From an uncultured Candidatus Saccharibacteria bacterium (GTDB taxonomy: Bacteria > Patescibacteriota > Minisyncoccia > Phycocordibacterales > JAKAEA01), in contig CAZNZK010000001.1 of assembly GCA_964577595.1 (NCBI GenBank), positions 1,434-65,433 of the forward strand: a DNA stretch of 64,000 bases, in the 5' to 3' direction. Under the pieces are notes generated by a model. That model made no database searches. It was not told the origin of the DNA and saw only the letters and a list, made by a program, of their open reading frames with translations. The translations under genes were made by a program, and so were the position numbers. This document shows, one piece after another, positions 7,629 to 16,802 of the stretch. Each line of letters begins with the position of its first letter. The first letter of the stretch is position 1.

Positions 7629-8999
7629 ATGAAAAAATTTTTCACCCCAATCCTTATAATTTCAGTCCTATTTTGTCCGATTGGCGCTTTTGCTCAGACG
7701 GCCCCAACTACCGCGACGCTCGTTCCGGCAACCGCCGACACCACCAAGGCCGCCCAGCAAGCCGCTCTGCAGGCCCAACTCACCGATATTCTGGCGCAGA
7801 TTTCCGCCCAGCAGTCAGCACTTTCTACTGAACAGCAAAAGGGTCAAACGCTTCAGCGTGATATTAATATTCTTGACGACCAAATTAAAACTGCACAACT
7901 GCAAATTAAAGCTCACCAGCTCAACATTCAACAGCTTGGCACGCAAATTGATCAAAAGAGTCAGACTATTTCTGACTTGGGTGATCAGGTAGTTGCCACT
8001 GATCAGTCACTTTCCCAACTTGTCCGCGAAACCAATCAGATAGATTCTTTTTCGCTTGCCGACGTCGTGCTCAGCGGCCGCAGCATTTCCGACTTTTTTG
8101 CCGATCTGGACACCTTTAGTTCGCTCAAACAATCCATTCAAGTGACACTTTCCGCCATCCGTCAATCGGCCAGCTCAACGCAGGAGGCAAAACAAAATTT
8201 AACGACCCAGCAAATCGCCGAGCAGGATGCCAAGGCCGCTATTGTGCAGGAACAGGCGCAAATTCAAGCTAACGAAACTCAGAAGGCGGCACTTCTTAGT
8301 TTAAGTAAACAACAGCAGGCCAATTACGCCAGCACTATCGCCGCGCAACAAACAAGGGCTAACGCCATTCGCCAGGCGCTCTTTTCACTTCTGCAGACGT
8401 CGTCACAGATTACGTTTGGTACCGCGCTTTCTTATGCACAAACCGCCCAACAGCTCACGGGCGTTGATCCAGCTTTCTTGCTCGCTATTTTGACTCAGGA
8501 AACCAATCTTGGTAAAAATGTCGGCACCTGTAATCAGCCTGGCCAGCCGGCGTATAAATTGTGGCAGTCTATTATGTCTAAAGGTAATCAGCCGGCATAT
8601 TTACAAGTCACCACAGCACTCGGCATTAATCCTAATGGCCAACCGCTTTCGTGCCCTCAAGCCTCCGGTGGCTACGGCGGTGCTATGGGGCCGGCGCAGT
8701 TTATTCCATCTACCTGGCTTCTGCTGCAACCAAAAATCAACGCGGCCCTTGGCACGAGCGGCATGCCTAATCCGTGGGATCCGAAAACCGCCTTTTTAGC
8801 CGCAGCCCTTTACTTGCGTGACATTGGCGCGGCCGGGGGCGGCTACACTGCCGAGCGCAATGCCGCCTGTCGCTACTATTCCGGCCGTCCTTGTGACAGT
8901 AAGCGCCCGCCAAACACTTCTTATGGTAATTCCGTTATGGCTTTGGCGGGTTCTATTCAGTTAAACCAAATCAATCCGCTTGAGAATGTGGGAGGTTGA
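7629..8999 (+). CDS. Secreted Gln-rich coiled-coil protein with a C-terminal MltB-like lytic transglycosylase domain
   Basis: The signal peptide is MKKFFTPILIISVLFCPIGAFA. A long Q-rich heptad region follows. The C-terminal domain carries LTQETNLGKN and GPAQFIPSTW, matching the SLT_2/MltB motif GxMQFMPxTW. The longer ORF from 7437 overlaps rplY and is rejected. Confidence 0.7.
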   Translation: MKKFFTPILIISVLFCPIGAFAQTAPTTATLVPATADTTKAAQQAALQAQLTDILAQISAQQSALSTEQQKGQTLQRDINILDDQIKTAQLQIKAHQLNIQQLGTQIDQKSQTISDLGDQVVATDQSLSQLVRETNQIDSFSLADVVLSGRSISDFFADLDTFSSLKQSIQVTLSAIRQSASSTQEAKQNLTTQQIAEQDAKAAIVQEQAQIQANETQKAALLSLSKQQQANYASTIAAQQTRANAIRQALFSLLQTSSQITFGTALSYAQTAQQLTGVDPAFLLAILTQETNLGKNVGTCNQPGQPAYKLWQSIMSKGNQPAYLQVTTALGINPNGQPLSCPQASGGYGGAMGPAQFIPSTWLLLQPKINAALGTSGMPNPWDPKTAFLAAALYLRDIGAAGGGYTAERNAACRYYSGRPCDSKRPPNTSYGNSVMALAGSIQLNQINPLENVGG

Positions 9000-9105
9000 C
9001 ACCGCCATACAAAAATGTTATTCTAGATAAGGTTTTTGTTTTTGTCCGACGTAATCCTCGGCGCTCACTGTGCCGGCGATTCGTCTTTTAAAAAAGGAGT
9101 TAGTT

Positions 9106-9684
9106 GTGGCAACCAAAACAAGCATGTTCAGTGGTATCAAAGGACTGTTGCGGTCCAGGCCCCGTTGGCATACTGAAGCCGGACTTGTTCGGCTTGATAT
9201 TACGTCAGGGGGCATGGCTGGTTGGCAGTGGGTTGGGCATCTTGAAGAGGCCCATGTCTCTGTGGCCCCCAGTGCCGCCAGTGTGCTCGTATCGCCCGAT
9301 TTTGTGTGTGCTGAGAAGGGTGTGAAGTATGCGGTCGCAATTCTCCCAGGTCGTCTTTTTTCTGCTCGGAAAAATCGGACCGCGACAAACATTCAGGCCG
9401 AGGCTGATCGCCGGGGGTTGATCAAGCCCAACACCGACCTCGCTTGTCTTATTCGCCGGAGCTTTTCGGATGAAGACATTCAGGCGATGGGGTTCAGATC
9501 AATCATTGTTATGCACGAGCCCATTTTGGCAGACGGTTCCTTGTGTGTTCTGGGTGTTGATAGTGATGGCGCTAGTGACGGTCCTTTTTGGGCGACGTAT
9601 GAGTTGGGAACGTATTCCTATGATGATCCGCCCGATGATCCCTGGGATCGTGAGCACGGCTTCGCATACATTGTTCCTGTCTAA
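9106..9684 (+). CDS. Hypothetical protein; GTG start preceded by a canonical SD (AAGGAG-6 nt-GTG)
   Basis: The ORF 9070..9684 is probably shortened to start at GTG 9106 because of the SD at about 9090-9095. I recognise no domains. Confidence 0.5.
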   Translation: MATKTSMFSGIKGLLRSRPRWHTEAGLVRLDITSGGMAGWQWVGHLEEAHVSVAPSAASVLVSPDFVCAEKGVKYAVAILPGRLFSARKNRTATNIQAEADRRGLIKPNTDLACLIRRSFSDEDIQAMGFRSIIVMHEPILADGSLCVLGVDSDGASDGPFWATYELGTYSYDDPPDDPWDREHGFAYIVPV

Positions 9685-9699
9685 GTGTCTCGGTTTTGT

Positions 9700-9745
9700 C
9701 CTAATTTCCAGCTCCTCTCGCCTTGCGCGGTGAGGGGCTTTGCTT
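9700..9745 (+). terminator. Probable terminator hairpin plus T-run after the 9106 gene
   Basis: The GC-rich imperfect stem (CCTCTCGCC...GGTGAGGGG) is followed by TTTGCTTTTTT. Confidence 0.4.
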
Positions 9746-9781
9746 TTTTCCAAATATTCTGCTAGAATCTCGCATACAAAC

Positions 9782-10048
9782 ATGAAAGTAGATACCCACC
9801 CCAAATACTTTGAAAAGGCCTCGGTTACCTGCGCATGCGGCACCACCTTTACGCTGGGCTCTACGAAAGAGAAAATCAACGTTGAAATTTGCTCCAATTG
9901 TCACCCTTTTTACACTGGTAACGAAAAAATCGTAGACACTGCCGGTATGGTGGACAAGTTCCGCTCTCGGGCTGCTAAGGCCGCTCCCAAAAAGGCTCCC
10001 AAGAAAGCTGTTGAGGTAGTTTCAGAAGAAGCTATAGAAGCAAAGTAA
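9782..10048 (+). CDS. rpmE: Ribosomal protein L31 (zinc-binding type) with a basic C-terminal extension
   Basis: The sequence reads MKVDTHPKY...CACG...[16 protein letters not shown] lies upstream. Confidence 0.85.
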   Translation: MKVDTHPKYFEKASVTCACGTTFTLGSTKEKINVEICSNCHPFYTGNEKIVDTAGMVDKFRSRAAKAAPKKAPKKAVEVVSEEAIEAK

Positions 10049-10110
10049 CTACACTGCCCTTTTTATGCACGCTCTCTAGCTAGTGGGCGTGTATAATTGC
10101 GTATATCAAT

Positions 10111-11100
10111 ATGAACCCCGAAATCCAACAGTATAAAAAGAATCCGAAAACCGCGTATATGGCGGACATGGTTTTAAAATTGGACGCGGATGCGGCTAGT
10201 GTTCGAAAAATGGGGGAGAGCGACCCGGCTATGGCTGAATTAGCCAAAGGTGAACTTGCCGACATTGAATTACAGAAAGCCGCGCTCATGGCGCAGATGA
10301 AAGAAATTACAGATGCCGATGCGGCCGCCGAAAAGCTTGCCGAAGAGGCCGACAAATATCCTAATGAGTTGATTTTAGAAGTACGGGCCGGTGCCGGTGG
10401 CGATGAAGCCGCGCTTTTTGCCGCTGAGCTTGCCGCCATGTACCAAGGCTATGCTGTGCGCCAGGGTTGGCAGTTTGAAAAAGTCAGTGAATCCCAAAGC
10501 GATTTAGGCGGCTATAAAGAGGCGGTTTTTGAAATTCACGGCAAGGATGTCTATCGCAAACTTCGTTTTGAAACCGGCGTGCATCGCATTCAGCGCATTC
10601 CTGAAACTGAAAAAGCCGGCCGGGTACACACCTCTACTGCTTCCGTCGCCGTTTTGCCTTTGCGCAAAAAAGTGAAATTTGAAATAAATCCTTCCGAGCT
10701 TGAAATTGAAACCTCACGGGCTGGCGGCAAGGGCGGTCAGAACGTGAATAAGGTGGAAACCGCCGTGCGCATTGTGCACATTCCCACGGGTATCGATGTG
10801 CGTTCCACTGCCCAGCGTAGCCAAAGTGCCAACAAGGAAAAAGCTATGGAAATTCTCATGGCCAAGCTGGAGCAGAGGCACGACGACGAGGCCAACGCCA
10901 AGTTTGCCGCTAACCGTAAAGAGCAAATAGGCACCGGTGACCGCTCGGAAAAAATCCGCACGTATAACATTCTCCAGGACCGCGTCACCGACCATCGTCT
11001 CAAAGAAAACTGGCACAACATTGAGCAGATTTTCGCGGGCAACATTGATGAAATGGTAGACGGCATGAGTAAGATGGGCGACAATGCCATAGTTGCCTAA
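10111..11100 (+). CDS. prfA: Peptide chain release factor 1
   Basis: It carries the GGQ motif ([17 protein letters not shown]). The PxT-type tripeptide (RIPETEK) and [11 protein letters not shown] fit RF1 rather than RF2. Confidence 0.85.
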   Translation: MNPEIQQYKKNPKTAYMADMVLKLDADAASVRKMGESDPAMAELAKGELADIELQKAALMAQMKEITDADAAAEKLAEEADKYPNELILEVRAGAGGDEAALFAAELAAMYQGYAVRQGWQFEKVSESQSDLGGYKEAVFEIHGKDVYRKLRFETGVHRIQRIPETEKAGRVHTSTASVAVLPLRKKVKFEINPSELEIETSRAGGKGGQNVNKVETAVRIVHIPTGIDVRSTAQRSQSANKEKAMEILMAKLEQRHDDEANAKFAANRKEQIGTGDRSEKIRTYNILQDRVTDHRLKENWHNIEQIFAGNIDEMVDGMSKMGDNAIVA

Positions 11101-11124
11101 AACCGGCTTATTTGATACACTCTT

Positions 11125-11874
11125 TTGCCTATGGTAGATGATATTTCAACCCCAGTTGCCAACGTCGCTATGAACGATCCTTTGATGGAACAGATGTTCA
11201 AGGCGGGCGCGCATTTTGCTTTTGCTAAGAATCGCCGCCATCCTTCAGCCAAGCCACTGATTTTTGGCACGAAAAACCGCGTAGAGATTTTTGATTTAGA
11301 ACAAACCAAAGAATATTTGAATACCGCTAAAGATTTTGCCCGTAAGCTTGGCACTACCGGTGGGGTTATCCTTTTTGCCAGCGCTAAGAGCGAGGCGCGC
11401 GAAGCTGTTGAGCGCGCCGGCCGTGTTTTGAGCCAGCCTTTTGTTGCTGGTCGCTGGATTGGTGGCACTTTTACGAATTTCGGCCAAATCCGCAAGCGCA
11501 TTGACCGCATGGAAAAGCTCATGAGCGACAAAGAGAAAGGCGAGCTTGGCAAATACACCAAAAAAGAACGTCTTTTGATTGACCGTGAAATTGCCAACCT
11601 TCAGCGCTTCTTCGGTGGTATCGCTACGCTCAAGGAAATGCCCAAAGCCCTTTTTGTGGTTGATCCCAAGAAAGAAAAAACCGCCGTGGCCGAAGCCCAC
11701 TCCGCAGGCGTTCCTATCATAGCTATTACCGGCAGTGATTGCGATTTGACCGACGTAAAATTTCCAATTCCGGGCAACGACTCTTCAGTTTCCAGCATCA
11801 ATTTCTTCGTCAACGAAATCATCGCCGCCTATCAGGAAGGAAAGGCTCAGGCTGCCAAAACTCCTGCTAAATAG
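11125..11874 (+). CDS. rpsB: Ribosomal protein S2
   Basis: The sequences AGAHFAFAKNRRHPSAKPLIFG..IFDLEQT and the C-terminal PIIAITGSDCD are present. Confidence 0.9.
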   Translation: MPMVDDISTPVANVAMNDPLMEQMFKAGAHFAFAKNRRHPSAKPLIFGTKNRVEIFDLEQTKEYLNTAKDFARKLGTTGGVILFASAKSEAREAVERAGRVLSQPFVAGRWIGGTFTNFGQIRKRIDRMEKLMSDKEKGELGKYTKKERLLIDREIANLQRFFGGIATLKEMPKALFVVDPKKEKTAVAEAHSAGVPIIAITGSDCDLTDVKFPIPGNDSSVSSINFFVNEIIAAYQEGKAQAAKTPAK

Positions 11875-11958
11875 ACAATTTCTAAAAATTGTTTTGTAAC
11901 TAAAAGTTTTATTTTTTCTTCAGGACTATTTTAACTAGGGTTGGTATAATTAGACTAT

Positions 11959-12132
11959 ATGATGGCAGAAACAGTCTTTCTTCCAATAATAACCCTTCTC
12001 GTCGGCATTGTCGGTTACTTCGTAAAGAAAACCTACGATAGGGTTGATACTATGGGTAACAGGGTTGACGATATTAGCCGCGATCTTTTTGATGTGAAGT
12101 CAAAAGTTGATATTCTTTGGCAAACCAAGTAA
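11959..12132 (+). CDS. Small (57 aa) predicted membrane protein; absent from the ORF track because it is under 60 aa
   Basis: TATAAT at 11945-11950 lies 8 nt upstream of the ATG. There is one TM helix (TVFLPIITLLVGIVGYFV) and a charged C-terminus. It sits between rpsB and tsf. Confidence 0.4.
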   Translation: MMAETVFLPIITLLVGIVGYFVKKTYDRVDTMGNRVDDISRDLFDVKSKVDILWQTK

Positions 12133-12144
12133 ACTGGATGAATT

Positions 12145-12741
12145 ATGGCTATTACTACTGAACAAATCAAAGAATTACGCGACAGAACCGGTGTTTCGGT
12201 GATGCAGTGCAAGAAGGCGCTGGAGGAAGCTGGCGGCGACACGGAAAAGGCCGTGGTTATTTTGCGCAAAATCAGCTCTCAAGTGGCTGGCAAGAAAGCC
12301 GACCGCGTTTTTCATGCGGGTTTTATCGGTTCCTATGTGCATTCAAATGGCTTGATTGGCTCCATGGTAGAGCTTCTCACTGAAACTGATTTCGTCGCCG
12401 GTAATGCTGATTTTAAGGCACTAGCTCGCGACATCGCCATGCATGTGGCCGCTACTCGCCCAGAATTTTTGAAGGCAAGTGATGTTTCTGCAGAAGCCAC
12501 AAAAGCCGCAAACGAAGTGTTTGAGAAAGAATTTGCCGATTCCGGCAAGCCGGAAAAAATGCGCGCCGGTATTGTGGACGGTAAAATGAAAGCATATCTT
12601 AAAGAAAAAATTCTGCTTGAACAGCCTTTCATTAAAAATCCCGATATCACCATTGCCGGCCTCGTTGATTCCGCTATTCAAAAATTCGGCGAGAAAATTG
12701 AAGTTGCCCGTTTTTCCTATGTTTCAGTATTAGGTAAGTAA
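12145..12741 (+). CDS. tsf: Elongation factor Ts (short form)
   Basis: The sequence MAITTEQIKELRDRTGVSVMQCKKALEEAGGD is a UBA-like N-terminus typical of EF-Ts. Confidence 0.9.
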   Translation: MAITTEQIKELRDRTGVSVMQCKKALEEAGGDTEKAVVILRKISSQVAGKKADRVFHAGFIGSYVHSNGLIGSMVELLTETDFVAGNADFKALARDIAMHVAATRPEFLKASDVSAEATKAANEVFEKEFADSGKPEKMRAGIVDGKMKAYLKEKILLEQPFIKNPDITIAGLVDSAIQKFGEKIEVARFSYVSVLGK

Positions 12742-12742
12742 T

Positions 12743-13138
12743 ATGTTTATAACTCCACTCATTCTTTTTATTGTTGCGGGCGTCGGCATTGTCACGCTGG
12801 TCAGTCTCAAGGCCTACCAACTCTCACGCGGGGTGCAGTTGCCAATGGCCGCAAAGCGTAATGCTGTGGAAGGCAGGATTAGAAAATTTGAGAGGGGAGT
12901 GAAGCGTAAAACAGCGAATGTTAAGAGCATTTTTTCTTCCGCTGGTATGTGGAAGATGCTTGCAACAATTGAGGCGTATTATGCTCGGGTTACTATTGCC
13001 GTGAAAAATGCTCTCACTGGCCCCGGCCACTGGCTTGACCGCAACACTCGCAACCTGGTGAGCTTGGTTCGTGGTCGCCAAACTCTTTCAGGCCGTGATA
13101 CTCCTTCCTCATATCTCCGCGATATTAGCCGCCCCTAA
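12743..13138 (+). CDS. Hypothetical membrane-anchored basic protein, translationally coupled to tsf
   Basis: The ATG lies 2 nt after the tsf stop. There is an N-terminal TM helix followed by an Arg/Lys-rich region. Confidence 0.5.
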   Translation: MFITPLILFIVAGVGIVTLVSLKAYQLSRGVQLPMAAKRNAVEGRIRKFERGVKRKTANVKSIFSSAGMWKMLATIEAYYARVTIAVKNALTGPGHWLDRNTRNLVSLVRGRQTLSGRDTPSSYLRDISRP

Positions 13139-13179
13139 GCTTTTTAAATTTTCTAATTTAGGATATAGTAGCGCTTATT

Positions 13180-13252
13180 GCCGCCTTAGCTCAGTTGGTA
13201 GAGCAACTGTTTTGTAAACAGTAGGTCCCCAGTTCAAGCCTGGGAGGCGGCT
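13180..13252 (+). tRNA. tRNA-Thr (anticodon UGU)
   Basis: I folded the cloverleaf by hand. The acceptor stem is GCCGCCT/AGGCGGC. The D-arm is AGCTCAGTTGGTAGAGC. The anticodon stem ACTGT/ACAGT carries the loop TTTGTAA. The T-arm is CCCAG TTCAAGC CTGGG. No CCA is encoded. Confidence 0.85.
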
Positions 13253-13268
13253 CCGATTTTCGATTGAC

Positions 13269-13362
13269 ATTGGAATGCAACTACTATAGGATATCCCAAT
13301 CAAACGCTGACTGAGTTTTGACTAGTTTGATGCTCTAATTTGGCGATTTTGTCGTTATTTAT
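13269..13362 (+). promoter_or_regulatory. rpoBC leader: TTGACA -35 plus a -10-like box, and the palindrome TCGTTAT-TT-ATAACGA at 13346-13362
   Basis: The motifs are visible in the sequence. The function is inferred. Confidence 0.35.
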
Positions 13363-13466
13363 AACGACATTTTATCGTTTTCTGCTTTACTATAGTCGTC
13401 TAATTTAATAGGTTAACTTACTAACCAGAAGGTTGCCCAAAAACGTAAATTGGGGTCGCCAACTTT

Positions 13467-16400
13467 TTGCACAACAATATTTTTTATATGTCAAACTCGT
13501 CAATCGCCTTGAACGAAAACGTGTCGGGAGCCGGAAAAGAGCAGAAGCATTTCGGTCGTTTCAAAAAACCGTTGGCAGAAATGCCCAACTTGGTAGAAGC
13601 CCAGATGGCCTCATTCACCTGGCTTATTGAACATGGCATGGAAGAGGTTTTCAAGGAATTTTCTTCCATTCGCGACTACGCCGGCAAGAAATTCGAGCTG
13701 ACCTTCGTTGGTTTTAAAATCGGTCAGCCGCAATATGACGAATTCTACGCCAAAGACAACAAGCTTTCCTACGAAGCGCCCATGAAAGTGATGGTACGTT
13801 TAAAAAACAAAACAATTGGCACCACCAAGGAGCAGGAAATCTTTATGGCGGACTTTCCGCTCATGACCCCGCACGGCACGTTCATTGTGGCCGGCGTTGA
13901 GCGCGTTATCGTGCCCCAGCTCGCTCGTTCATTCGGCATTTTCTTCACCTCCAGTGAAATCAAAGGAAAAATGTATTTCGGGGCAAAAATTATCCCGTCG
14001 CGCGGTGCCTGGATTGAAATTGAAGCCGAGCCGGATGGCGCGCTCTACGTGCGCATTGATCGCAAGCGCAAATTCCCAATTTCCTCGCTTCTCCGTGTTG
14101 TTGGTGCTCAGCAAAGCGGCGGCAAAGTGTTCACCGACACCGACATTTTAGATTTGTTTGCCGGCCAAGTAGCTTCTCGCGCTTTCATTGAGAGCTCACT
14201 TGCCAAGGATCACGCCAAAACCACCGACGACGCCTATATTGAAATCCATAAGCGCTTGCGCGATGGCGACCTGGCCACGGCCGAGAACGCCCGAGAATTC
14301 GTCAATTCTATTTTTAATGAAGAGCGCTACGATATTTCTCGCGTTGGCCGTTTTCGCTTCAACAAGCGCTTTGCTAAAGAGATGGACGAAAAAGCGCTGG
14401 CTCGTCGCACTATCAGCCTGGAAGATTTGACTATGGTGGTCAACTACATCGCCACGCTTTCCACCACGCCGAACTCCTTCGCTGACGACATTGACCACCT
14501 CGGTTCGCGCCGCGTGCGCTACGTTGGTGAGCTTCTTCAGCAGAAGGTCCGCGTTGGTCTTTCACAAATGAAGCGCAATATCCAGGACCGCATGTCCACT
14601 ATTGAGTCCGACGTGACCATGCCGGTGCAATTTATTTCGCCCAAGCCCTTGCAGGCTCGCATCAAGGAATTTTTCACCACCAACCAGCTCTCGCAGTTCA
14701 TGCAGCAGGAAAATATTCTTTCCGAGCTTGAACACTTGCGTCTGCTTTCCGCTCTCGGCCCAGGCGGCTTGGATCGTATGCGTGCTGGTTTTGAAGTACG
14801 CGACGTTCATCCATCACACTATGGCCGCTTGTGTCCAATTCACACCCCTGAAGGCACCAACATCGGTCTTATCTTGCACTTGGCTACGCATGCCAAGCTG
14901 AATGAATTCGGTATGATTGAAACGCCGTATGCCAAAGTAAAAAATGGCAAAGTCACCAAGGAAATTGTGTACCTCAATGCTCTGGAAGAAGAATCCTTCC
15001 ACATTGCGCACGCCGCTACTCGCTACGATGACGAGGGTGTCATTTTGGAAAAAGAAGTAGAGGTGCGCCACAACAGTGACCCGGCCGTGGTTACTCCCGA
15101 CAAAGTTGATTTCATTGACGTCTACACCAACCAGGCATTTTCCGTGGCTACGTCTATGATTCCGTTCCTTAACCACGACGATGCCGCTCGTGCGTTGATG
15201 GGTTCCAACATGCAGAAGCAGGCCACACCCTGTCTTATTCCGGAAGCTCCGCTTGTTGCGACCGGCATTGAAACTGCCGCCGCCCGTGACACTGGCCGCC
15301 TTATTTTTTCCGAAGAGGCGGGCACGGTTGTCTATGTTGACGCTCGTAAAATCATCGTGAAGGGTCGCGCCAAGGAGCACGAATACAAGCTCATTAATTT
15401 TTCCCGTACCAACGGTTTCACTGCTTTCTATCATCGCCCCGCGGTTACTACCGGCGATAAAGTTGAAAAAGGCGCCCTCTTGGCCGACGCTTCCTCAAGC
15501 GACGGCGGCCAGATGGCTCTTGGCCAGAACGCCTTCGTGGCTTTCATGAGCTGGAGTGGTGCCAATTATGAAGACGCCATTATCCTTTCCGAACGCCTCG
15601 TTAAGGAAAGCAAATTCACCTCTATCCACATTGAAGAATTCATTGTAAACGTCCGCGACACCAAACTCGGTCCTGAAGTCACCACCCACGACATTCCTAA
15701 CGTTGGTGAAATCAAGCTCAAAAATTTAGATGAAGAAGGCATCGTGCGCGTTGGTGCCGAAGTGCGCCCCGGTGACATTCTTGTCGGCAAAATTACGCCG
15801 AAAGGGGAGACTCAACTCACGCCGGAAGAGCGCCTCCTTCGCTCACTTTTCGGCGAAAAGGCTCGCGATGTAAAAGACACCAGCAAGCGCCTTGAAAACG
15901 GCAAGCGCGGCCGCATCATTTCCGTCAAAGTATTTTCTCGCGAGCGCGGTGACAAATTAGATTCCGGTATCATCAAGCGTATTCACATTGAAGTAGCTCA
16001 GCTACGCAATATTTCCGTCGGCGACAAGCTCGCCGGCCGCCACGGTAACAAGGGTGTTATTTCCAAAATTCTTCCTGTAGAAGATATGCCTTACACTGCC
16101 GATGGTACGCCTATTGACGTTATCCTCACTCCGCTCGGCGTGCCAAGCCGTATGAACCTTGGTCAAATTCTTGAATTACACCTCGGCCTCGCTGCGCACA
16201 CGCTCAACTACCAGGCCATCGTCCCACCTTTTGCCGGTGCCACCGACAAGGAAATTAAGGATGAATTAGAAAAGGCCGGTTTCAAAAAAGACGGCAAAAT
16301 GCCTCTGTTTGATGGAAGAACGGGCGATAAATTTGATCAAGAAATCGCCGTCGGCTACATGTATATTCTTAAGTTGCACCACATGGTTGAAGACAAGATT

Positions 16401-16778
16401 CACATGCGTTCCATTGGTCCGTACTCGCTCATTACCCAGCAACCGCTTGGTGGCAAGGCTCAGCAAGGTGGCCAGCGCTTCGGTGAAATGGAAGTTTGGG
16501 CGCTGCTTGGTTACGGTGCCGCGCACAACCTGCGTGAAATGCTCACTATTAAGAGCGACGACATCCTCGGTCGCAGTGCCGCCTTTGATTCCATCGTGAA
16601 GGGTCAGGAAATTAGCACGCCAAACATGCCAGCCTCTTTCAACGTGTTGGTCAGCACGATGAAGGGTCTTGGTTTGGATGTGGATATGAAAAAGAAGGTC
16701 GGAGAAGAGCCGCCTCGTGAACGCGGCAAGGCGGCAGTTATCGCCGAAATGGAGAAGGAATTAGCTCGCGAAGAATAA
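13467..16778 (+). CDS. rpoB: DNA-directed RNA polymerase subunit beta
   Basis: It is 1103 aa and carries canonical RpoB blocks (GRHGNKGV, NLGQILELHLG...). The start could instead be the ATG at 13488. Confidence 0.95.
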   Translation: MHNNIFYMSNSSIALNENVSGAGKEQKHFGRFKKPLAEMPNLVEAQMASFTWLIEHGMEEVFKEFSSIRDYAGKKFELTFVGFKIGQPQYDEFYAKDNKLSYEAPMKVMVRLKNKTIGTTKEQEIFMADFPLMTPHGTFIVAGVERVIVPQLARSFGIFFTSSEIKGKMYFGAKIIPSRGAWIEIEAEPDGALYVRIDRKRKFPISSLLRVVGAQQSGGKVFTDTDILDLFAGQVASRAFIESSLAKDHAKTTDDAYIEIHKRLRDGDLATAENAREFVNSIFNEERYDISRVGRFRFNKRFAKEMDEKALARRTISLEDLTMVVNYIATLSTTPNSFADDIDHLGSRRVRYVGELLQQKVRVGLSQMKRNIQDRMSTIESDVTMPVQFISPKPLQARIKEFFTTNQLSQFMQQENILSELEHLRLLSALGPGGLDRMRAGFEVRDVHPSHYGRLCPIHTPEGTNIGLILHLATHAKLNEFGMIETPYAKVKNGKVTKEIVYLNALEEESFHIAHAATRYDDEGVILEKEVEVRHNSDPAVVTPDKVDFIDVYTNQAFSVATSMIPFLNHDDAARALMGSNMQKQATPCLIPEAPLVATGIETAAARDTGRLIFSEEAGTVVYVDARKIIVKGRAKEHEYKLINFSRTNGFTAFYHRPAVTTGDKVEKGALLADASSSDGGQMALGQNAFVAFMSWSGANYEDAIILSERLVKESKFTSIHIEEFIVNVRDTKLGPEVTTHDIPNVGEIKLKNLDEEGIVRVGAEVRPGDILVGKITPKGETQLTPEERLLRSLFGEKARDVKDTSKRLENGKRGRIISVKVFSRERGDKLDSGIIKRIHIEVAQLRNISVGDKLAGRHGNKGVISKILPVEDMPYTADGTPIDVILTPLGVPSRMNLGQILELHLGLAAHTLNYQAIVPPFAGATDKEIKDELEKAGFKKDGKMPLFDGRTGDKFDQEIAVGYMYILKLHHMVEDKIHMRSIGPYSLITQQPLGGKAQQGGQRFGEMEVWALLGYGAAHNLREMLTIKSDDILGRSAAFDSIVKGQEISTPNMPASFNVLVSTMKGLGLDVDMKKKVGEEPPRERGKAAVIAEMEKELAREE

Positions 16779-16802
16779 GAGAAAGAAATAATTAATAAAA
16801 AC

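Noticed and set aside
10111-11100. A release factor with altered specificity or a recoded genetic code, suggested by the PET tripeptide in place of PAT
   Set aside because: PxT with a variable middle residue is normal for RF1. TGA clearly functions as a stop codon, as in the gene ending at 8999, so a code-25-type reassignment is not supported.
14814-15434. A 206-aa minus-strand ORF inside rpoB; similar ORFs lie inside rpoC (19413..20105), prfA (10714..11090) and typA (51632..52360, plus strand)
   Set aside because: These are shadow ORFs within highly conserved, confidently identified genes.
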